From Paraphysomonas bandaiensis (lineage: Eukaryota; Protista; Chrysophyceae): a stretch of DNA of 29,829 bases. The notes beneath the pieces were generated by a model. It made no database searches. It was not told where the DNA came from and worked only from the letters and a program-made list of their open reading frames with translations. A program made the position numbers and the translations under genes. The stretch covers positions 1 to 29,829 of the forward strand of contig CBFFRP010000142.1 of NCBI GenBank assembly GCA_965644295.1, in the 5' to 3' direction. This document shows, one piece after another, positions 13,411-25,920 of the stretch (position 1 is its first letter; each line of letters starts with the position of its first letter).

Positions 13411-13742
13411 GATCGGCTCTGTGTAAGTAACTATAAACTAAGTTTGCATGTTAGTCGATTAGCGTTTATTTCTCACAAGCAAGACATATCCGCACAACAC
13501 GCTGTATGAATGACTGAAGCGAAAAGAAGTATATGGCAGAGATGTTATATGTGTCTGGCTTCTAACTGCTACGTGCTGTGCATATATGATACATATTCAT
13601 AGCACTGCACATACACCTCAAACACATACACATACATACATACATACATAGACATCAACTGTACAATCAATACAAAAATAAATCTTAACTGCTACCTGAT
13701 CCCTCAAACTGTATACGATGGTATACCGTGTATATGGACATA

Positions 13743-14352
13743 TGCATGTATGTATGTATGTATGCATGTATGTATGTAGGTAGGTAGGTAGGTAGGTAGG
13801 TAGGTAGGTAGGTAGGTACGTATGTATGTATGTATGTATGTATGTATGTATGTATGTATGTATGTATGTATGTATGTATGTATGTATGTATGTATGTATG
13901 TATGTATGTATGTATGTATGTATGTATGTATGTATGTATGTATGTATGTATGTATGTATGTATGTATGTATGTATGTATGTATGTATGTATGTATGTATG
14001 TATGTATGTATGTATGTATGTATGTATGTATGTATGTATGTATGTATGTATGTATGTATGTATGTATGTATGTATGTATGTATGTATGTATGTATGTATG
14101 TATGTATTTATGTATGTATGTAGGTAGGTAGGTAGGTAGGTAGGTAGGTAGGTAGGTAGGTAGGTATGTATGTACGTATGTATGTATGTATGTATGTATG
14201 TATGTATGTATGTATGTATGTATGTATGTATGTATGTATGTATGTATGTATGTATGTATGTATGTATGTATGTATGTATGTATGTATGTATGTATGTATG
14301 TATGTATGTATGTATGTATGTATGTATGTATGTATGTATGTATGTATGTATG
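13743..14352. repeat. Compound (TATG)n/(TAGG)n microsatellite, ~610 bp
   Basis: Directly visible. Two TAGG blocks interrupt the TATG arrays, and a short oppositely oriented (TACA)n tract lies at ~13625-13650. Confidence 0.99.
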
Positions 14353-14417
14353 CAGGATGGCCTGTGAGTCTTCGGTGCTGTCAGTCAGTAGTATATTAAA
14401 CCATATACACGTGCACA

Positions 14418-15934
14418 ATGCGCAGAATTTCAGGCGTTAGGGGCGCGGTACGGTTTTTGTCCACCTCATCAACAGCGGAGCCTGCTCTTACTCAGGTGTA
14501 TGGTGGGTTGAAGGATCAGGATCGTATATTCACTAACCTCTATGGGGAGAAGGTGCTATTGTGTGTTGTCTCTCCGATCCCCCTCATCTGTCTCTCTGTC
14601 TGTGTCTGCAGGATTGGCGTTTGAAGGCTGCGATGAAACGCGGAGATTGGTACCGAACTAAAGACTTGATGTGCATGGGACCGGATTGGCTAGTACAAGA
14701 GGTCAAGGACTCCGGCCTGAGGGGTCGTGGAGGTGCAGGCTTTCCGTCTGGGCTTAAGTGGTCATTCATGCCGAAAGCATCTGACGGTCGTCCCTCTTTC
14801 TTGGTTGTAAACGCTGACGAATCCGAGCCTGGAACTTGCAAAGACAGAGAGATCATGCGCAAGGATCCCCATAAGCTCATCGAGGGCTGCCTACTTGCCG
14901 GGTTCGCTATGCGTGCACGTGCAGGCTACATATACATTAGAGGTGAATACTTTAACGAGGCGGTGGTTTTACAGGAGGCAATCCATGAGGCCTATCAGGC
15001 AGGATTCCTTGGCAAGAACGCATGCGGGTCAGGTTATGATTATGACTTGTATCTGCACCGCGGGGCCGGTGCATACATTTGTGGGGAAGAAACAGCACTT
15101 ATTGAGAGCCTTGAGGGTAAACAGGGTAAGCCCAGACTCAAGCCACCATTTCCTGCCAATATAGGGCTCTTTGGATGTCCGAGTACAGTCACCAACGTTG
15201 AGACTATTGCTGTTACACCAACAATATTTCGGCGAGGTGGATCTTGGTTTGCTGGATTCGGGCGTCCCAATAATAGGGGAACGAAACTGTTTGCGATATC
15301 CGGACACGTGAACAACCCTATTGTGGTGGAAGATGAGATGTCCATCACTCTACGAGACTTATTGGAGAGGCACTGTGGCGGTGTCAGGGGTGGATGGAAT
15401 AACCTCCAAGCTGTTATACCTGGTGGATCATCCGTCCCAGTGCTGGATGAGGCTGACTGCCAGAATGTGATGATGGACTTTGATGACCTGCGTGCGAAGG
15501 GTTCAGGTCTCGGAACTGCAGCTGTGACTGTGTTTGACAAGTCTGTGGATATGATCGCGGCTATCCGCAGACTTTCTCATTTTTATAGTCACGAGTCATG
15601 TGGGCAGTGTACCCCATGTCGCGAAGGTACGCCTTGGATGGAGGCAATTATGGAGAAACTCGAGGATGGGACTGCTGACAAACGCGAGGTGCCTATGCTT
15701 GAGGAAATATCTCGCGGTATCGAAGGGCATACAATATGCGCCCTAGGAGACGCAGCGGCCTGGCCCGTGCAAGGTCTCATTAGACGCTTCAAACACGTCA
15801 TTGATGATCGTATTGAAAATGCGAGCAGCTATGACCCTAGCCGGTATTTTCAATCGTCGTGGTCCGGGACGACTTTTTCAAATAACGAGTGGTCTAAGAA
15901 GCATGGGGGCGGCAAGGTTTATGGCTGCAACTAA
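14418..15934 (+). CDS. NDUFV1: Mitochondrial complex I 51-kDa flavoprotein subunit; exons 14418-14552, 14612-15934 (485 aa)
   Basis: It has an Arg-rich presequence ([16 protein letters not shown]), [64 protein letters not shown], and the 4Fe-4S motif [12 protein letters not shown]...[13 protein letters not shown]. Confidence 0.98.
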
Positions 15935-16411
15935 AATACTTCCTAACGCGGCTCTTTTATACCTATTCTGAGACTAATGCCTTAAAATGTAATTATGTTT
16001 TTGCAAGTAGTACGCCTTTAGCAAGCTTGCTCGAACTAAATAATTCAAAACTAGTATAACAAAAAAAGTTACGTCTGTACTCCAACCCTATGAATAAGTA
16101 TGCTCTATAGACGGTGAATTTATTTACTAGCTACTACGTTCTACGTTTAGTGTGCGTTATTTATTGGCATCTCTAACTCTTACGAGCACACAGTGTCATG
16201 TAAGTCGTAAGAATAGAAGAGTTGGTCAGATAAGCTTGTTGTACTAGAGTTGAAGACTTGCTTACATGATAATTAATCACGAAATCCACGTTTATATTAT
16301 ATATGTATGTGTTGGTTGTTGGACATGAACGACTTATTGTGATGAAGACTGACGGAGCAATGGGACAACTCGCGACGAATAACGTGTGAAGATTTGTTTC
16401 TGTATTAAGTT

Positions 16412-16743
16412 TGGGAGATAAGTACCGGAGATATATCTCCGGGAAACTAACGTGAGCCACATATATATAATATAGTCAGCAGATATTGTTCTGCCCACTC
16501 ATAGCCAAATGCTTGTGTGGTACAAAGGACACTAATAAGTATCACTTGTTTAGACATCTTTGGGCCCTGACAAATAAACAGACATCCGGGAGTGGGCCCA
16601 CCTCAAGGGCATTCGGGGTATAGGGCTGCCTACTGAAGTCACGCATCAGTGCTGTTCATTTAAGGACAGAGAGCGAAAGTGGTTGTACCTTGGTGCTTGC
16701 GGTGACACACAAGCAGCTTTCGTAGCGCAAAATAAGTAGGATA
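16412..16743 (+). repeat. Dispersed structured repeat, copy A (5'-truncated)
   Basis: It shares GGGAAACTAACGTGAGCCAC, TAGTCAGCAGATATT.TTCTGC, AGACATCTTTGGGCCCTGA, TGAAGTC and CGTAGCG...GTAGGATA with the copies at 25953 and 27139. Confidence 0.9.
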
Positions 16744-18043
16744 TCAGAGTTAAGCACTACTGAGTTAAATTGTTTTTGCTACAATATTGGTGTCATTTTA
16801 TTTAGGACACAAATACCACTTACAATGTGTCCCAGAGTTTACATAATGCACTCAAATTAGCGATATCGCGTTGAGAATACACAATCATTCCGTTATAGGT
16901 TGGGGAAAAAAAGCCATTTCGAAGATCACGAAATCGATGATTTTATATACAGCTATGGTAAGGTCGAGCAATAACTATAACTATAAATTAATAGTATGAA
17001 TGATATTATTTATAACATTTTTTACTACTTTCTGACATAATTTATATATTATATATATATCACTTCCGTTTTACAGCAATAAAAGTCACTGACTACACAT
17101 ATAATATTTACTATACTGTATAATTTAAGCTATTCCGTCAAACATAAAAGTATTTTTTGTACGACACCCCAGTACTACTACGTCGACCTCTCAGATAAAA
17201 ATTACAGTAAACTAATAATTCAATACTTAGATATATAAAACATGGTCAAATCGCTTTACCAGATTTAGAAATTACATGGACTTATATTTATATACATACA
17301 TGAAATTAACCCTACAGTTATAAGAAGCTCTCGGTATATCGCAACATATATTAATTGTGAGCTACATACACATGCATGCGTTTGCTGCAAATTAACGACA
17401 AATCTTGAGCATATATAAATTTCACCAAATCTTATAGTTCATTACAGTACACCATCTAGTTCTCATTATTGCTTGCGCATGTAACAGAAAAGCAATAACT
17501 GTACCCCAATGAATGAACTGATTATTACTCAACAGCCCAATAGTACTCCAGCTACACACTCTACTACTCTAGTCTCTAGTACCACTACTTATTACCTGAC
17601 ACTAGCCGGGAGTCTCTGGAGCTTAAAGCCATTTCTGATGCAATTCTCTTTTTACCACGACTGAGAGCATTGCTCAGTAAGTCGAGCATATCCACTACCT
17701 CACCTGCATGGTCTTCTTTTTCCATTTCAAACACGGTTTCATGCCGTAAATCAGCACATGAATCAACGACGTACTCGGACTGAACTTTCACTGCGCATTT
17801 CAAATGCTTTTCTCCCCTCCAATCTAATAGGCATTCTGCTTGCTTGCGTCGTCTTCAATAACCTCGAGACATACACTCTCCGCATTTCAACATGTCACGG
17901 GAACCCACTTGTCACGCTCATTTTGTCGATAATGAGGCATAAACCTTTACAATAGCTCTCCCGCATAGTAATGAAGCTTGCAATACGAACTCACAGTTAA
18001 TAATGGCACGATTCACTGTGTCTTCGCTCTCTCAAATTCCTTC

Positions 18044-18204
18044 TGTGGGAATAAGTCGATCCAGCGGAATATGTCGATCCAGCAAAAAAATCGACCTTTT
18101 TTCGTTATTTCTCTGAAATATATTCGTCAAAAAACAACATGCATCAAAAAAGCCTGGATTTTTTTTCTGGATCGGCATATTCTGCTGGATCTTATATTCC
18201 CACA
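18044..18204. mobile_element. MITE-like foldback element (~160 bp, ~50-bp imperfect terminal inverted repeats)
   Basis: The left arm is TGTGGGAATAAGTCGATCCAGCGGAATATGTCGATCCAGCAAAAAAATC. The reverse complement of the right arm is TGTGGGAATATAAGATCCAGCAGAATATGCCGATCCAGAAAAAAAATC. No clear TSD is visible. Confidence 0.75.
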
Positions 18205-19151
18205 CACAGAATTGTTGCCTTATTGGAATTCCAAGAAATCACTATCTAAGTGCGTGGCATTCGCTACTATCTAATTGAAGTTGCGGTTTCTGCAGCACGA
18301 CATCAAGATTTCAGCTGGATGATGGTATCTTGTTCCCTCAAACCATCCCTATCTGCTCCTTGGAGTTCCAAAACGCTGTTCATATACCAGTGCCTGCCAG
18401 TACTTCAATGTTCTGTTCGACGTCATACTTTAGTCAGCCGCATTTGCGATTACTACACAATCACAACTTCACTGCAATCAAGTCAGAGTTATCATCACGA
18501 CTAAGATTCGTGTCCTCACAGTGAGTGTTGCCTGGAGTGACACTTCTTTATTGGCATGCTCCATTTCTGATTGGCTTCTGCGGTATATTTTTTTGGACAA
18601 GACGATGAAAAACGACGCTTTTGTTCTCGTTAGCGCGAAGGGCATCCCAGTAGAGCTCATAGAACTCCCATCCATACACTCGTATCCAGAATGTACTCCA
18701 GAGCGCAAGTAAAACTCCCTTGCCTGACAATCCTGGAGTTTTACTTGCGCTCTGGAGCTTGAGGAAGATTTTACTCCCTTGCCTGACGATCCTGCAGAGT
18801 GTTCGATCATGGAAGACCGCAGTCCTGATCCCTTCTATCAGACATTGCATGCTCTTACTTGTCCAGATACACTGGATGAAATGATTCGTTACTAATATTC
18901 GCCGCAAGAGAATGAATACTTTAAACGAGCAGCAGCATGTGGCAGCTCAAACAGCCGAACTGGAGACATCACGGTATCATGATCAGCTCACTGAAACCTA
19001 TTCATTTCCGTCGGCTGACTTAGCACTTCTTCCTGCATCGTTTGTTTCTACTTAGTAAATTTTTTGCTATCTGTTCCTTAGTCTTAGTTTGTTCCATTTT
19101 TACCATTAACTAACATTCGATACAACGTAACACTTACATAACCTTTCGACA

Positions 19152-19297
19152 CTTAGTAACACTTACTTCTATTCACAATTAGCAACAACTTAGTAACACT
19201 ATATAGTATACATTATACCCAGAGCTTAGTAACACTTACTTCTATTCACAATTAGCAACAACTTAGTAACACTATATAGTATACATTATACCCAGAG
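19152..19297. repeat. Perfect 73-bp tandem duplication
   Basis: CTTAGTAACACTTACTTCT...TATACCCAGAG occurs at 19152-19224 and 19225-19297, with an internal CTTAGTAACACT sub-repeat. Confidence 0.95.
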
Positions 19298-20198
19298 GGC
19301 ATACCATTACAACTTTACATTCGAAGAAAAATGTTGTACTTTCTAACAACAATATCATGGAATATTTTTGCCGATCTACCAATTAATATATTGCAATATA
19401 TATTGTTACCGAACCCTGATATTTTGTCGTAAAAAGAATAGCTTACGCTTATAATATAACGGAAAAGCTTGAACTGTATATATATATGTTGTGATTGTCG
19501 GTGACTTAGTGTTGCCTGAGAACTTAGATCAGTATACGACACACTCTATCAACTATCAAGAAGTGTAGCCTACTAGATACAGTGAAGTCGCTATATCCTG
19601 TAGAGATATTTCACCACACCACATTCACATTTAGAGTCGGAGTAATACCAATACCTGGTGAATTTATTTCGCAAGGATTCATATCTCAGTTCTCAGTAGA
19701 GAGGTTAAAGATAAAAATATAGGATAAACTCACAATAGCAGTTATTATTAAAATAATTAATTATTTAATACGTTACAAGCTGCCCATTCGCCCCTCTTCT
19801 GTCATATAGCTGCAGCTGCCTCGCTTGAGATTGCAAACGCTTCAACCGAATAGTAGCCTGAGTTTCGATGCATACACATATATCTCTAAAACGCTATGTT
19901 TATATGTAGTCCGTCACCCACCCACATTCCAGCCTACCATTTCCTTCAAAAAGAATACGTTAGCTGCTCGTAATAATGTAAACCAGGTAAGGGATTGCTT
20001 GGTGCTGCGCACAAGGAATACGTCGGGACTCTAGTGATCGTGTATTAGTGCTTGTTCAAGCCACAGCAACCACACTAGGGTGGAAATGTGGCAATGTCTC
20101 ATATACATCACTGAACAGGTCAACCCAATAAAATATAATAAAGATAACAACACAACAGGAATATTACTACATCACAACTATATCACATAGAAAGCGCT

Positions 20199-23100
20199 TT
20201 AAGACCAATCGTAATCACTGCTAGCATCGTCTGTAAAACTTCGAACCTCGACATCAGACTGCTGATACACTTACTTAGCATATACAGCGTACCAGAGTAA
20301 AGGAACAACTTACCGACGTCTCAACAGGGTCAATCGCACCTACGGGATCAATGACGACAGGGCTAGGCTCTTTATTCTCTATGGCCGATTCAGAAAAACC
20401 CATATCTCTCTGACGCTGTTTCTGGCGCCTCGCAAGAACTTTTGCACGAGCATCCTGAATAGCCTTGACATCTTCTTCTTTCTTTTTTTCCTCCGCCTCA
20501 CGAAGTCTACGAGCTTCCTCCTCTTTCTCCCTCTCCTTCTCTGCCTCTGATTCGCGAAGTCTACGAGCTTCCTCCTCTTTCTCCCTCTCCTTCTCTGCTT
20601 CTGATTCACGAAGTCTACGAGCTTCCTCCTCTTTCTCCCTCTCCTTCTCTGCTTCTGATTCGCGAAGCCTACGAGATTCCTCCTCTTTCTCCCTCTCCTT
20701 CTCTGCTTCTGATTCGCGAAGTCTACGAGCTTCCTCCTCTTTCTCCCTCTCCCGCTCCGCTTCTGCTTCACGAAGTCTACGAGATTCCTCCTCTTTCTCC
20801 TTCTCTGCTTCTGATTCACGAAGTCTACGAGATTCCTCCTCTTTCTCCCTCTCCTTCTCTGCTTCTGATTCGCGAAGTCTACGAGCTTCCTCCTCTTTCT
20901 CCCTCTCCCGCTCCGCTTCTGCTTCACGAAGTCTACGAGATTCCTCCTCTTTCTCCCTTTCCTTCTCTGCTTCTGATTCGCGAAGCCTACGAGCTTCCTC
21001 CTCTTTCTCCCTCTCCCGCTCCGCTTCTGATTCACGAAGTCTATGAGATTCCTCCTCTTTCTCCCTTTCCTTCTCTGCTTCTGATTCGCGAAGTCTACGA
21101 GCTTCCTCCTCTTTCTCCTTTTCTTCGTTTCGTTGACGACGCCAACGAGCTTCCTCGTCATTCTCCCTCTTTTCTGCTTCACGGAGACTACGAGCTTCTG
21201 CTTCATCTTTTTCTATCCCCTCTGCCTCACGACGTCTACGAGCCTCCAACTCTTTCTCCCTTTCCTCTTCTCGTTCACGGCGCCTACGATATTCCAACTC
21301 TTCTTTCTCCCTCTCCTCTGTTTCACGGAGTCTACGTAATCTATCTTCTCTTTCCCTCTCTTCCTCTCGCAGCCTTCGGAACCGCTCTTCTCTCATTCTT
21401 TCTTCTTCCTCCTCAAGCCTCCGGAGCCTCTCCTTTCTCAGCCTTTCGTCTTCTTCTTCGCGATTTCTACGGGACACATTTTCTTTATCCAATAGACTTG
21501 AAATAGTCGACTGTTCTCTGTTGACATCTGGGTATTCATAACTCGCCACAGTTTTGGCGAGTTTGCTTCGATCAGATTCAAATATGCGTGATAGGTCGTG
21601 TGCCCTGGACACAATATTTTGATCATCGCGTTGATTCGAACTTAGAGAAAGCTCGTTCTCCATTCGACTGGAATACACGAAATCTGCAAAAATACTTGTG
21701 ACCACACTATCATATAACTTGTACATAGAATTGCCTTTTGGTCCTCCAGTATGGGAGCAACCTATCGAGTTGGGGTCAACAGGCAGCCAACTAGGTACAA
21801 CAGTAGCTATAAAACTAGAGTATTAGAAACAATAGGATGTTTGTATACAGGCGACTCACTTTGCATCGGCATGTTGTATGAGTTCTTGTACTCCTGTCTT
21901 GAGGTATTTTTACGCAACTTATCGATAGCAGTGCGCTGTTCGCTAACTAGCTGTTCCAAATCTTTACGATCCTGCTTTAAGACAGAATTCGCCTTCCTCG
22001 TGGTGATAACGACGCGCTTCAGTTTCTCTATTACATTGACTTCATTACTGACCATATCTGTATATAGCAGCAAAACTGACCTAGTTTACTCATTGTGTTT
22101 GCTTTCACCTCTTCTGCGGCGACGGCCAAACTCTTCGCCTTTCCAAGCTCCTGAAATAGAGCTCACTTCTTGGAAACATAATAGAAGAGTGCATACCTCT
22201 TCTAAATTCGTGATATTCGCCACCAGTTCTGCGCTTCGCAGTTTCTCCGCATTCACGTGTTCAGACATGGACTGCACATCTCTTTTTAATTGGTTGATAA
22301 TAGACTCTAGCTCTACATTCTTGCGAATAAGAGTAATCACACCATCAAGCTTGCCATCTTTTAGCGAATCGTCATTGACGCACCCATATTTCTCAACAAG
22401 CTGCATATATAGTAGTCAGTTGAAGCCAGTAATACAAAACTGGTAGTACCTCCGCGGCATCAGCGCTCTCTGCTGCCAAACTCGCTTGCATCTTCGCAAT
22501 AGTCCTCCTCAATCCAGATATCTCCTCGTCTTTGTCGAGTAGAGAAGATTCCATATCACTATAACGCTTGCGCATATCCGATATGGCAAGACGTAAGGCA
22601 GCATCTGCTTCTCTCTCATCCTCGAACCGTTTCCTTTCAATCATAAGCGTCGCCTTCTCCCTCAAAATACTTTCCAGTTCACTTTCTACAGTGGATCTCG
22701 CTTCGTCACGCGCGATGGCTGTCATCTCAGCCATCTTTACCTCCAGCTCACGCTCACGCCGACCAACTTCACGTTCACGGGATTCCAAAACAACTTTCAT
22801 TTCCTTGAGCCTAGTTTCCAGCATCCTGGTGCCTTGCAGTTCCAACTCAGCTTTTCGCCTAATGCTTTCCTCGCGACTCCGCAACTCCTCAATTTCAATC
22901 TGCATCCGCTGTCGCGAATCAAATTCCATCTGATTCAACTTGCGCTCCCTCTCAGCTGCGATTCGAGCAGATTCGGCTTCCCTGTCCGAGTGGGCTTGTA
23001 GACGGGACTGGTATGAGCTTTCCATCTCTTTGCGTAGAGATTCTACCTCCAAACGCATCTTTCTTGATTCTTCATTGCGAATAGCATTGATTTCAGTTGT

Positions 23101-23806
23101 CCTCATGTAGTTTATCTGTAGGCAAACTGTACCATGAAATCACATACACTCTGTAACTTTTACCGACCTGAGCGTCCAGCTCCCTCTTCATCCGCTCTTC
23201 ACAGTCTCGTTGAAAGGAGATCATTCGCTCCTCCACGGTCTTCGTTGGCATCAACCGCTCCGTCTCCCTCCTTGAAAGAAAAGAAAGGTGTAAATCTTTA
23301 ATTTGATTGTCTAGAATTTCTCGTATTCCAGGACCGGTAATGTCTGTTTGTGTGGAAGTCTCCGCTTGTACCCGTGCTCCAAAAGACTTCGAATGCCAGT
23401 CAAACAAGGCCTCCAAAACAGAAGGCGTATCGTTCTCTACGCCACTACTGGAACGCTTACTTATGCTGGATGGTATTTTCGCAGATTCTGCAATATCTGC
23501 CTCCGATATGATTCCGTTCTTCTCGAGCCCATACTCCGCCACTAACACTGACACTGTATGGGTGAGACCGCTCTTACGCAGATGATGATATATGGCGCTA
23601 CATAGTATGTTATCTCGAAGCACTCTCTCAATGCGGTGTGGTCTGTTCCCTGCCCCTGTCCCTGATCTAGTCCCTGGACGAGACAGACTCTCGATGAACT
23701 CCTTCCTGATGTGCGCCTTGACTGTATTTAGCGTGCCTGATTTACGAAGAGCCTCCTTCAGGTTATCTCGGAGCTCCCTCACAGAAACAAGGGACTTCTC
23801 CTCCAT
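20199..23806 (-). CDS. OFD1: OFD1-like centriole/basal-body protein (LisH + coiled coil + ER/K repeat), multi-exon
   Basis: The N-terminus LRDNLKEALRKSGTLNTVKAHIRKEFIESL...SAIYHHLRKSGLTHTVSVLVAEYGL matches the OFD1/FOP LisH pattern. A long coiled coil follows, and the protein ends in an acidic, Trp-containing C-terminus (DDASSDYDWS*). Introns lie at 23167-23116, 22449-22401, ~22196-22151, ~22080-22028 and 20313-~20262. Junctions in 21670-21830 are unresolved. Confidence 0.75.
20490..21125 (-). repeat. Coding minisatellite, 54-bp unit (EKEREKEEEARRLRESEA), ~11-12 copies
   Basis: Visible in the DNA (CGAAGTCTACGAGCTTCCTCCTCTTTCTCCCTCTCC...) and in ORF 20275..21726. Confidence 0.93.
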
Positions 23807-24278
23807 TGCGTGGTCTGTATGTGTCTAGTTCAGTCACTATCTGCCTGGATGTCACATGGATCACGTGTGTGTGTGTGTGTGTACTGCTCGCGTCTCCAAA
23901 TTCAAATATCTCGCCATGTATCTGCCTACCGCTGTATACAGTGGTATACCGCTGATGGAGATATGTGTGTACTGTATTCCGATTGTCGTATTCGGTATTC
24001 GTATCTGGAGGTATACGTGAGGTATACGCGGTATACGTGGTATATGGTGTGCATGCATGTGGATGACTCCACACGCTCCTGACATTAACATACTCCGAGC
24101 CAGAGCACAACTCGAACACGTAGCAGTGGCGCTATCTCTGGTGGTAAGACTATACAGGTGCGGCTAGCTTATGGTTTAAAATATTCCATGCTCTGTTGTT
24201 GATAATCTGCTGTATCTGGCCTCAACATAACAGCCCATAACATAACAAACGCATCGACAGCACTCATCTGATAGCATC

Positions 24279-25445
24279 ATGACGTTTGTCGGTCACGATA
24301 TCGAGATATATGAATTTGTTTTGTTTATAGCTTTTGCTGCTATTAGTGCTACGCTCTGTGCATTGCAATTCTTGTATCTACAGAAGCTGAGTATGCTTCC
24401 AGTGCATGCACTGCCCTTGCTGAGTTTATTGATGTGCTTTGAAAATTGTGTTTTAGCCATTGGCGACAGAATAAGCGAGCGTTCCGTCCTTGCTAAGTTC
24501 GTTTTCGTCGCACAAGCTTTAATATTACCAGGGCTTATTTTAGCCGTTTTTGAAATACCCTTCAGGTTGCATCAGTCTAGAACGGCTCACTTTTTATGTA
24601 TACCATTCGAACAAGGGGAGTTGATGTCGGGATACATTGCTAGTATTTCATTATGGTGTGTCCGAATTTATGCCATTGGGATATTTGCCGTCAATATTTT
24701 AGTGAATTTTGACCTTTTACATGATGAGGATAAAGATGCTGGAATAGCTGGATATGAGACGCTTGGTGAAAGTACGAAGTCTGTACATCTGTGGCTGGCA
24801 TTATTGCCGTCATTGCTATTATCGGCATTCGCAATTCTGATTGCAATTGTTATGCAAAGGCAAGGATTCTAGTTTTGTTAAATTGTAAATAACTGTGTTG
24901 TGTTTAGGTATGCAAAGAATTTTTCTCTCGGTGTACGCAATCGCAACTATTATTGGAGATACATGCTCCCGTTCAGTCTGCTACATGCCGTGGGTCAGTG
25001 CTTTGGACAGCGTATATACCCCGTGCTTTCTAATGCTGGGGAATTGGGTTTGCTAATCGGGCTCAGCGTTATGACGCATCGTGTGCAGACAGATCTCGCT
25101 GTCGCAGGTTCGTTTGCGGACTTCCTTCATAGAAGCAATGTTGTGTTTAGAAACAGCGGCCAGAGTGAAGATAAAGCCTTTTACTCTGTGGCCAAACAGC
25201 CTCGTTCTCGCTCGGCCTCCGGAAACGGAGTCGAAATGGCTGCTAAAAAGCCTTATAAAACGCCAGAGAAAAGTCCGCGAGAGCCAAGTGCTGTTGTGGC
25301 GGAAGACGATATTGCACGAGAAGATGATGTTGAGATTGCCCTTCCTCCTGATCTCAATAGTACAGAGGACAACGCTACTGAGCATAACGACATACCCGAC
25401 GCGCAATCTCTCTCGAAAGTGGATAATAATGAGGCCAGTATTTAA
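24279..25445 (+). CDS. Multi-pass (about 7 TM) membrane protein of unknown function; exons 24279-24859, 24908-25445 (372 aa)
   Basis: Two hydrophobic ORFs are joined in frame by a 48-nt GC-AG intron (AG|GCAAGG...TTTAG|G). The product has 6-7 hydrophobic segments followed by a polar S/E/D-rich tail. Confidence 0.75.
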
Positions 25446-25920
25446 TGTTGCGAGATGTAATGTTGTTGAATGCGAAAGATTTGGTGTGTGTGACTTGCAT
25501 GATTAGGTATTTTATTTTCCCCTGATCTTGCATCCAATGTGGGTAGAGTAGTTGAGATCTCAAGCCTAAGTAAGGCATTAAATAATAAATATTGTAAGTG
25601 AATTAAGCAGTATTATACTAGTATTGCTACTTTGAGGAAGATTAGGAATTAGGATATGTAAAGGGAGAGATGTGATATAATGTATTTAAGATTAACTATA
25701 ATCTATAATCTATACATAAAATTGCATCATATATTATTTATTTTCACATAAAGCGAAAGAAATATATATATTAAATAATACTCACACGGCCGTATTGTAT
25801 ATTGTATATTAACATACCTTTCTACTTATTAGCATGTAGCATGCCTTTATCGCAGGTGGAAGAGCTGTAAAATAGCAATCATATCGACAGTAAACTAATG
25901 ACGATGGTATGCACATTCTG

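Noticed and set aside
13618-14440. ORFs of HTYI/MYVC repeats (also 29523-29762)
   Set aside because: They are stop-free translations of the TATG microsatellite.
20490-21125. CRISPR-like array (also the 783-bp and 73-bp repeats)
   Set aside because: There are no unique spacers and no cas genes, and the context is eukaryotic.
20379-21339. K/R-rich and S/F-rich alternative-frame ORFs
   Set aside because: They are shadow frames of the ER/K minisatellite.
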